64,000 bases of DNA, from contig OX597815.1 of the NCBI GenBank assembly GCA_951406725.2, forward strand, positions 91,946,001 through 92,010,000. Reading direction: 5' to 3'. A program made the position numbers and the translations under genes. How positions within the stretch are numbered: position 1 is the stretch's first letter; each line of letters starts with the position of its first letter. Below the pieces are notes generated by a model. It searched no databases, was not told where the DNA came from, and was given only the letters and a program-made list of their open reading frames with translations. Below, in pieces: positions 55,174 through 64,000 of the stretch. The DNA comes from Octopus vulgaris. Taxonomy: Eukaryota.

Positions 55174-55965
55174 CTGCTACTGATATATATGATGAGCTAA
55201 AAAATTACTTGAATGTCAACAATATACCAAAAGAGAACATAACATCTTGTGCTGCAGATGGTGCTATTATGATAGGCAAGAAAAAAGGCTACTTAAAACT
55301 GATGGAAGATGTGAACCCCAAAATACTTCTTGTGCACTGTGTTTATTAGTATCCAAAAATATGACTCCTTTTCTCAATGAGGTACTAAAACCAGTTATAA
55401 AATGTATCAATGCTATCAAAGCTAATGCCAAATGTGAGCATCTTTTCAAGTAATTTTGTGAAAATTCAAACTATGTGAGTCTTTTATCGCACACTGAGGG
55501 AAGGTGGCTCTCAAAGGGGAATTGCTTGAAAAGATTTATGGAACTATTTGATGTTCTTAGTGACTTTTTAAGTGACAAGCTTGAAATGAAGCACCTGCTA
55601 ACCATTGATAGTAAAGCATTTGTGAGTTATTTAACAGATATCTTTGAAAAACTGAATGTGTTAAATAAACAACTTAAAGATCAAATAAAACTCTTATTGT
55701 TATATTCGTTGAGGTATGTCAGAAAAATATTTCAGAGAAAATTTTTGACCAGTTTCGTTAACCAATGCTACTGTAGTTGTCATTGTGGATCATCTGAAAA
55801 TATAGGCTTCTGATTTGAAAGAAAGATTTTCTGATTTAAAACAAATTGATTTTCCAACATGGATGATGCAGGCAATGCTAGTGGATATATCTGATGTTTT
55901 GATACAGTGCCAAGAAGAACTCTCGGAAATGCAAAATGATGAGTTAGTTAAAACTTTATTCAATA

Positions 55966-57016
55966 CTAGCAGTATAACCCGGCCTTGCCCGGGATTAAGT
56001 TACAATTATTAAGCTAATCAAGTTCTTTATTTCAAACCAAACTAAGTAATATCGACGTCAAATTTGGGCAAAATCCGTTGAAATTGGGTATATTATATAT
56101 ATATATAATATCATATAATATAAATATATATGGGCAACAGACACGAACACACATGTACGTACGTACATCTATTGCATGTTTTGTGCATGCATACATGTTC
56201 ATAAACAGAAATGAATGGAAAAATGTAGTTAGATTTGTAGATTAACACTCACTCGATTTTTACTAAGAAAAATAATCGTTTTTTTTTGCGTGGAATCAAC
56301 TACTCTGGCCTCCTAATATGCTACAAAACCCTTTTTGTGGTCCGTGAAACGGAGTGGGTGTGTTGGAAGCCTCGGAAATTGTGCCCATTTATATTGTGCA
56401 ATTCACTGACAAATTGCTACTCACCTCTTTGTTGTTAAATAAATGGATTGTCAACAAAACACTTTTTTACTCGGCGTAAAATAAAAACAAAACTCTTTCG
56501 CACCCAAAGTAATGTGTGTGAGAGAGAGGGGGGAGAGAAAGATGAACGATTTAAAATAAATAAATGATTTAAAATAAATATATTGTAATTGTTGTGTGAG
56601 AAAGTATATATACTATGATTATAAAATATAGTGTCTTTCAAAAACATCCTGAATTTGAACACTATATCTTGTATTTAAGAAAAGACAAAACATTTTACAT
56701 TTTATGAACGTCATCACTTACTCTCTCTCTCCCTCTCTCACTTTGTCTTTCCCGTGAAACTCTCTGCTTCTCTTCTTCCACTTTTCTTTATCTTGTTCTT
56801 TTTTTTTTGTTAGACGCCGTCAAAAAGTTATGGCTGAAAATAGATTTTTACTGCTATCCGTGGGTGCCTCGGGAAAAAAATAAGTTGACAAAACCCAGAT
56901 AGGATGTTGACAAATGTCCTAAAATTTGAGCGACATGTGTGCTAATTTGTGGATGTGCATAAACTAAAATCACATACACACACACACACACACATCTTGC
57001 CGTATATATATACAGA
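55966..57016 (-). mobile_element. non-autonomous Helitron (element A)
   Basis: 5' a|TCTGTATATATATACGG at 57016; 3' hairpin CCCGG-GCAAGG-CCGGG followed by CTAG|t at 55966. Confidence 0.85.
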
Positions 57017-57035
57017 TATATATAAATATATATGT

Positions 57036-57172
57036 ATTCCCAACCACATACTTCTGGGTTCAGTACTATTGCGTGACACCTTGGGTAAGTGTCTTCTGCT
57101 ATAAACTCGGGCCGACCAAAGACTTGTGAGTATATCTGGTTGACGTAAACCGTAAGAAGCCCATCTTATATA
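57036..57172 (+). mobile_element. tRNA-SINE 5' fragment
   Basis: GGGTTCAGTAC..GACACCTTGGGTAAGTGTCTTC..GGGCCGACCAAAG, homologous to 50276. Confidence 0.75.
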
Positions 57173-57413
57173 TGTATAGATATAATTATAGTATATTCTG
57201 TTAAGAACATAGTAGAATACAGTATAAAGCTCGCTCGTCCACTTTCACATTTAAACTGTGCTTTCCAGTAGTAGTATTATATGTATTTCCAGGTTTGCGT
57301 TTGGGCATCTGTCGTGTGTGAATAGATAATTGAAAAAATTGGAGTCAACAAGAAGGGTACAGTTGGACATTTATTTTTTAATCACTACAATTGTTTGCAC
57401 GCAATGTAGTTCT

Positions 57414-57666
57414 CAAAAATTTTTCAGGAAAATTTTCAAAAAATTTTTCAAAAATTTTGGGGAAAATTTTCGAAAAATCTTTGGGTAAAATTTTCAAAAA
57501 ATTTTTCAAAAATTTTTCAAAAATTTTTGGGGAGAATTTTCAAAAAATTTTTCAAAAATTTTTAGGGAAAATTATCAAAAATTTTGGGGAAAATTTTCTA
57601 AAAATTTTCAAAAGGTTTTTCAAAACTTTTGGGGAAAATTTTCAAAACATTTTTCAAAAATTTTTG
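57414..57666. repeat. A4-5T4-5 minisatellite with ~10-11-bp period
   Basis: AAAATTTTC / AAAATTTTGGGG units. Confidence 0.95.
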
Positions 57667-58040
57667 AATCGCTGTTGTTTTCCATAATTAGACAATACCC
57701 CCACCCTTTTGACACAATTCAGTGATGTAAGCGATCTCTGAGACAATGTGATGTTTTGACCATATTGTGTGTGTCCTTTTAATTAATTTTTTTTTAACTA
57801 AACACTTTCAAACTTCCGTTACTGGTAGAATATGTCACATAGAACAGGGTTTACTCTTAACGTTTTGGATAAAATTTTGTGCTTTAGAAGTTATTTCGTC
57901 TGAAGTTACAGAGTGACAATGGACAAATTCGTGTTTGATAAGTGCCAATACACGAAACTCTCAGTTTTTGACTTACTCTCTAACTTCTGCCGATGATATA
58001 TATACATATTACATAAATGTGTAAAAAAAAATCTTATCAC

Positions 58041-58520
58041 GCAATCATGAAAAATAAGATTCTTAAGATTATAAACCTGGAAAAGTACAGGACAAGTTAT
58101 TACACCTGTAAGAGTATAGGACAAGCTATTACTTCAAGTAAAGAATAAGAAACTTTTTACTTAAAATATTGCAGCTAAAATTAAAATTTGAATATTAAAA
58201 ATTATTTTATTATAGTTTTCAAATAACACAATACATATTTAAGTACAATTTGGCTACTTTACTACTTTAAATACAGAAAACAGTGACTAATTAGAAAAAC
58301 TTGCCAATTAGCTGAACAGTTTTGTGCAATAAAAGATGAGAACTCTAAAGAGTGATAAATTAGAAGAAGTGGCATTCTTTGGTGCAATATTTTAAGTAAA
58401 AAGTTTCTTATTCTTTATTTTACTTGAAGTAGTAGTTTGTCCTATACATTTACATGTGTAATAACTTGTCCCGTACTTTTCCAGGTTTATAATCTTAAGA
58501 ATATTACTTTTCATGCTTGC
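58041..58520. mobile_element. fold-back/MITE-like element with ~135-bp imperfect inverted arms
   Basis: 58041-~58180 is the reverse complement of ~58375-58520, with scattered mismatches. Confidence 0.75.
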
Positions 58521-58538
58521 ATTTTTCCATGTATATAT

Positions 58539-58951
58539 ATATTGTTATATTTCGGAATGGTCATATTGCCAGTTTAGCCAATAAAAACACACGCACTATA
58601 TATTTGGTGTTATTTTGCTTCAGTGATATTTATTTTTTACATTAATCTTAATCTTATTTCGGCCAAAGTTCTTTCGTCACACTCCTGTGACCGCATCAGT
58701 GGTCCTTTGTTTTCTTCTCACTTAGAAATACAAAATGGCTGACGGTTAGTAAGGAGAGACACAAATAAGTGAGAAGAAAACAAAGGACCACTGATGCGGT
58801 CACAGGAGTGTGACGAAAGAACTTTGGCCGAAATAAGATTAAGATTAATGTAAAAAATAAATATCACTGAAGCAAAATAACACCAAATATATAGTGCGTG
58901 TGTTTTTATTGGCTAAACTGGCAATATGACCATTCCGAAATATAACAATAT
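58539..58951. repeat. perfect 186-bp inverted repeat with 41-nt spacer (Penelope-like inverted pseudo-LTR pair)
   Basis: 58539-58724 is the reverse complement of 58766-58951; each arm carries CTGATG..hairpin..GAAA followed by AATAAA. Confidence 0.9.
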
Positions 58952-59019
58952 CTGTTTCAACACACGACTTCACATAAAAAATCTTGCACAACAAATATTT
59001 AAACGTATATATATATATA

Positions 59020-61307
59020 CTAGCAGAGATACCCGGCGTTGCCCGGTTACATTCAATTGAAGAATTAGACTTTTGTGTTATATATATATGGATACACACA
59101 CACACACACATATATGTATATTAATATAAATACATGACAGTACATGAAGTTTGTTAAAAAAAAGGAGATCATGTATATACCTCCTGGCTGTTGAGATTAT
59201 AACACCTTGTAAACAATGTTCCTTGTCTAACAAAAAAAAACAAGATAAAGAAAAGTGGAAGAAGAGAAGCAGAGAGTTTCACGGGAAAGACAAAGTGAGA
59301 GAGGGAGAGAGAGTAAGTGACGATGTTCATAAAAATCTATTTTCAGCCATAGCTTTCTGACGGCGTCTAACAAAAAACAAAAAGGTTTCTTTTGGTTCCT
59401 ACTCTTGAGCAGCCAACATACAGTTGCCCATGAGAAGACCAGCTACAGAGAGGGTTTGACCCTGAGATTTGTTAATGGACATGGCAGAGCTGACACGAAG
59501 TGGGAATTGCAGTCTTCTGAATGTAAATGGAATTTCTGTTCCTGATGGAGTAAGAGGAATTCTTGGAATAAAGACATCATCACCTTTTCCACATCCAGAA
59601 AGAATGATCGCCTCGATAACGTGTGACATCATTTTCTTTATCACCAGTCGTGTTCCATTGCAAAAGTTGAGTGTGCTGTCCTGCCACTGGGTAACAAAGT
59701 AGCTGCAATGCCAGAGGAGGCTACAGCTACTGCAATGTCCTGATGCTTCCCAACTTCTGCGAGGAGAAGCTTTGTAATAAATGTTTTTCCTGTCCCTCTA
59801 GGAGCATCGAGGAAGAAGATTCGTCCCTCGCGTTGGCATACACTGTTAAGAATAGTTCTGTAGGCCTGCAGCTGGTCCAGAAGTAATTTAGGCTCATTTT
59901 CAACAATGTACTTTGCAAGCGCTTGAGTGTCATAGGTTGTTTCACGAATGACAGCAGTGGGAAGGCTATTTGACCCTGACCTGAATGCTTGTGGCAGGCC
60001 ATACGTCGACAATTCATTTCCACCCAGTTTAGCAATTCTGTCTTCAATGTCAATGAGTGTTTTGTTATAGATCTCATTGCTGATACTCTCCATGTCAGGA
60101 TAGAGCAGTTGAGCTTGACACTGAAAGTCTTCAGCCAGGTTGTCTCCATATTTGAGCCATAGAGTGGCCGGATCACACAGTTCGCATGCCTGTAGTAATA
60201 CTGCAAATAGTGCCCTGAGACTTTTAGGTGATTGTGATAAAGCAGCCTCTCCTAAAGTTGCATCCCATTGTGCACCATCTTCTAACAGACCTTGTCGATA
60301 GCAGGCTTCTCTGTATGTTGTGCAGACATGTCCATGAACGGTTTTTAGGGCCTGGAAAGATGTTGGCCCTCTGACCACATGCTGTAGTAGACGAAGGTAG
60401 AAGCACTCTTGTTGAGTGGGATGCACTATGTATACTCGCCCAAGGCAAGTGTGAAACTTAATGCCAGGGTATCCATGAACATTTTGACCTGCTTTCCATG
60501 GGGCCCATTTTTTTCCATTCCAAGTGTAGTACGATGGAATCTGTGGATACAGCAAGGTTTGAGCGAATGGATCCACTTGACAAAGCTTGAAGAATGCAGT
60601 GAGTGTGCTATCCCTTGGTTCCTCTGCCAACAGAGAAGCATTAGCATCAGTGAAGTACACTCTTTGACCATTTTCCAGGTGCACTGCAAGCTGTTGAATG
60701 GTGGGGTGTTGTTGGTGAATTGGAAAGCCAAAGATGCACCAGAAAGCCTTGTTGCTACTTATGTACTGTCCCACCTGATAATGCATCACCTCATCCTGGC
60801 AGTATTCTTGTTGAAGTCCAAACATTACAGCGTCAGAACCCTTGTTTACACATTTTCAAACATACTTGATGGATTTAAGGAGTTGCGAAACTCAACGTTG
60901 ATGTGGGCATTGAAAGTCTTTGACAGGAGTGGGCAGTATGGAACAATCCATCTATTATCAATATCATGCTATCTGATAGTGCTGTGAAACCTCTGTCTTC
61001 TGGTTTTCTGCATCTGTATAATGGATACCCATCAGCACCTGTCTGAGTTTCTTGTAGGAACCTCCCTGGAAATCTTTTTGAACATATACTGTCCTTCAAG
61101 CATGGTGAGTTTATGATGAATCCACGCCCACATGGACCATGTACCATGTTTGCTTTAACTATTTCGTATAGTTCTTTGTCTAAAGCTGGATCAGGAAGCT
61201 CTGCAGAGATTATGTTGTCGATGTCATTGGAATTGATCTTCGCTGAGAGCCAAAGCAGGATATGAGCATGTAGAAGGCCCCTTTTTTGCCACTCGATTGT
61301 GTAGAGA
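59020..61307 (-). mobile_element. Helitron with truncated, internally deleted Rep-Pif1 helicase pseudogene (element B)
   Basis: YTIEWQKRGLLHAHILLW (HUH), MVHGPCG..GYPLYR, LAVHLENGQ, FYLRLL..GPTSF, DAPRGTGKT (Walker A), SSGIAATLL..GRTAHS, LCNGTRL, RRLQFP..MSINKSQGQT, SHGQLYV..SRV, RNIVYKVL* (stop 59197). The 3' end is a hairpin plus CTAG|t at 59020. Confidence 0.93.
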
Positions 61308-62129
61308 TAAAAGGAGTGACGTCATGGTTTTGTGATAAGCCAAATACCCAAATTCAACCAACTTTGCAAGAAAATTGTTATTACCATTCCCATCTTCATA
61401 TTTAGCTGAATGTGGCATTAGTGTTGTAAATGATTTGTTATTGAAGAAAAGAAATCGACTGGATATCACTAAACAAGGAGACTTGAGACTAAAGCTGACT
61501 AAATTGGTGCCTAATATAAAATCTCTCTGTAGCAGGCATGAAGCACAAGAATCTCACTAACTTTAGTTTACTTATTTTATATTTCTGCGTTTCAGTTCTC
61601 TGTCATATGTTTACTGTGTCTTGCTCGACACTGTTTTGTGTAGTATTATGACGATGTACTTCGTTGTCAGCCTGACTGGCCCAACGACATACCTCGCTGA
61701 CTTGTTATGTCTGTCAACTATTTATTTGTAGTTGAACAGCCCACTTCTCTGGCTTGCGGGTGTCCTCCACAACAATGTTTTTGCAACTTTATTTATTTAA
61801 CTGTCCTTCTGTTTTTTATATTTTTCTCTTTCATGAATTCCATGTTCTTTGGAAGCTTGTTTAGAGACCAAGTTAATAACCTTTTAAGCTTCCTCCAAGT
61901 GAATAGTAGTAAAATTTTGAATAACAAAAATCAAATATCACAGAAATGTTTCAGTGGGGCATGGCCAAAAATTAGTTGGGAACCACTGGTCTCAACCTTC
62001 TATGATTCTGTTTTCAAGTCACGTCTGTTCTCAAACCTACTTCCACTGTCCTCTTCCCTTCTGTTCCTTATCTTGGAGTAAATGTGTTGTTGTGACTGCA
62101 GATGGTACTGCAGCTATAAGATAACAAAG

Positions 62130-62500
62130 GCTTCCCCATTCATTTGAAAGAAAAATCCAAGAATCAGTTCAATTTGTCATTTCAATGGAAAAGGGGTGGT
62201 TATTTGCGATATGTTTTGGAAAACAGAAGCATAAAAATGAAGATCATCATGCTATATAGTAATGTTTATAAAAGCAATAGCTCCATTTTCCCACTTTTAC
62301 AAAGCTTCCTCAAAGAAAATCGATTGGAAGAAAAACAACCTTATCTGGGGAAATACCTAAGGACATATTTCTGACTACAATTTTGAAACATTTACCTCAG
62401 AAGCATCAGCAAGTCTTGACAAATTAGATATGGATAATTAATCCTTCTGTCACAGCTACATCAAATGAGCAGATTTATTTTAGGAAATATCATAAGTATT
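62130..62500 (+). mobile_element. possible second hAT transposase remnant
   Basis: Frameshifted IFPLL..L..YF..WIINP wording typical of Buster C-terminal halves. Confidence 0.35.
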
Positions 62501-64000
62501 GAGAGAGATTCATTATGTAGCAGGGATTCAAACCCTAGCCACTATATACTCAGTTGGGTACCATGAGTGAGCCACCAATTTCAGGTGATTGGTCTATAAA
62601 TCGATTCAATCAGCATAAGGCTATGGCATGAATGGTTTTCTCGAATATTCTAAAATTTGACTTCTTGTTCCCTATAAAAACTATTTTCATGCTTTAACTT
62701 GCAGAATGTTGAAGGCATCTGACTGATTTGTGTGCTTCCTCTCTTGCCATGCAGATGGTTCTGGACATTTGCGTTGACAGCTTCAGGTTCTTGGACAGAC
62801 CCATTCTGAATATTCACACAATGTCTCATCAGTAACTTCTACAGATGCAGCTTTTTTCTCTCACTCATTCAGCAATTATTAATATTGTTCATTGTAAATA
62901 GCCAATACTAAATATCCTTATGTCAAGTTAAATGTTCATGAGTTTGCTTCAGTTATTATTCTCCCAGCCTACAATGCTATCCACACGTACACTATACAAT
63001 GTTAATTAAACCATCTACTTCGGCAATGACAACTCATACTTCTGAAGTGTATCTTCATCAACCTGTTCAACCCAAAGAAGTTGGCCTCTGAACACGTATC
63101 GCCAAGCTTTCAGCAAAATTTAATGCAGATTCTCTGCTCAACTTTCTCTGTCATGGTCAATGCGACAACCACATGTTACATACCTTCTTTCCAAGCACTG
63201 CTGTAAACAGCAGAAGTGAGCTAGAATGTTAAAACTTTGTGTGCATGCACAACAGAGTTCAATGTCAATCTGTGCCAAGTGGCTTCCTTCTGCGTGCTTT
63301 AGTTTCGTTACTTTGGCAACAGTCCGGATACTTATTGATCAGACTACGTATATACTCTTCCTGTGGAAGCTATTGGTTTAGATTACTTGTTTCCGAATCA
63401 ATACAAGTTAATTTCTTTGAAAGCCCTTCAACCACTAGTAATTATGGCAATTTTTCTGTCGGAAAGATAGTTGATCTTGATGCATTTAAGAAAAAAAAAG
63501 AAGTGGTAATTAAAAATTATGATTAGGGAATATGGATTAATTTGGAGAAAGAAATCTAACAGCTTAAAAAGCTTGTCACAAAAGTAAATCATTGATGCTT
63601 AAAAGAAAGAGGCATTAATGTAACTTTGTTTAGAAATATACAGCTGGTAATTTATTTGTGGTAAACATACTAAATAAGACATTGCTTTTAAAAATTAAAT
63701 TCTAAAATTACTATTAACAAACTTTATGCAAACTAGAAACTTCTAATTTTTCTGTTCCTATGTTTTTTATCATTCATATTTACGACATTAAAAAAAAAAT
63801 GAATAAAGTAACATTTAAGAAATGAATGAATTGAAGTGTTTTACTCATGTGGCAAATTTAATTATATATGTAATAACATAATTAAGGGAGAATAACATGA
63901 AAATTACCCAAAACATTGACATTTAATTGCAGGAAAATGAAAATTTCTGACAGATTTGAAGATCAGTAACATTGAAATAAAGAAGAGCTTTAGAATAGCT

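Larger units (their letters stand above)
53990..61988 (+). mobile_element. decayed Buster/ZBED5-type hAT transposon split by two nested insertions
   Basis: Fragments in order: FGFIP..PFCLLC, MKP, ASYEISLLIAK..IGEDLIKP, FSLQIDEST, CAADGA, VHCV, HTEGRWLSKG, then after 61308 LLLPFPSSYLAECG..LRLKLTKLVPNI. Right TIR ..GTTGGGAACCACTG ends at 61988. Left end uncertain (possibly ~52966). Confidence 0.85.

Noticed and set aside
57391-57687. 98-aa K/F/N-rich ORF
   Set aside because: Translation of the A4T4 minisatellite.
62600-63480. Higher-complexity stretch that may be decayed coding sequence
   Set aside because: No frame with a recognisable motif; needs a translated search.

Overview
AT-rich animal genomic DNA, most likely an octopus/coleoid cephalopod (inferred from the tRNA-SINE and RTE repeat families, not proven). 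It holds one complete host gene: an 11-exon actin-related protein 1 (Arp1/centractin, ACTR1A/B orthologue) on the minus strand, 39237..9556. I spliced it by hand at GT-AG junctions to 1131 nt (376 aa + stop). The rest is transposon-derived. It includes a young 5'-truncated RTE LINE with a PHD finger inside its RT, about ten shorter RTE 3' fragments, CR1, Gypsy and Tigger remnants, tRNA-SINEs, a piggyBac MITE, and a near-intact hAT element. A decayed Buster-type hAT carries two nested insertions: a Merlin-like MITE with telomeric repeats, and a 5.3-kb composite Helitron with two 3' ends and a captured middle segment. Several perfect or near-perfect palindromes occur, some with hammerhead-ribozyme-like cores. 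All calls were made by eye; repeat boundaries are approximate unless termini or TSDs are quoted.
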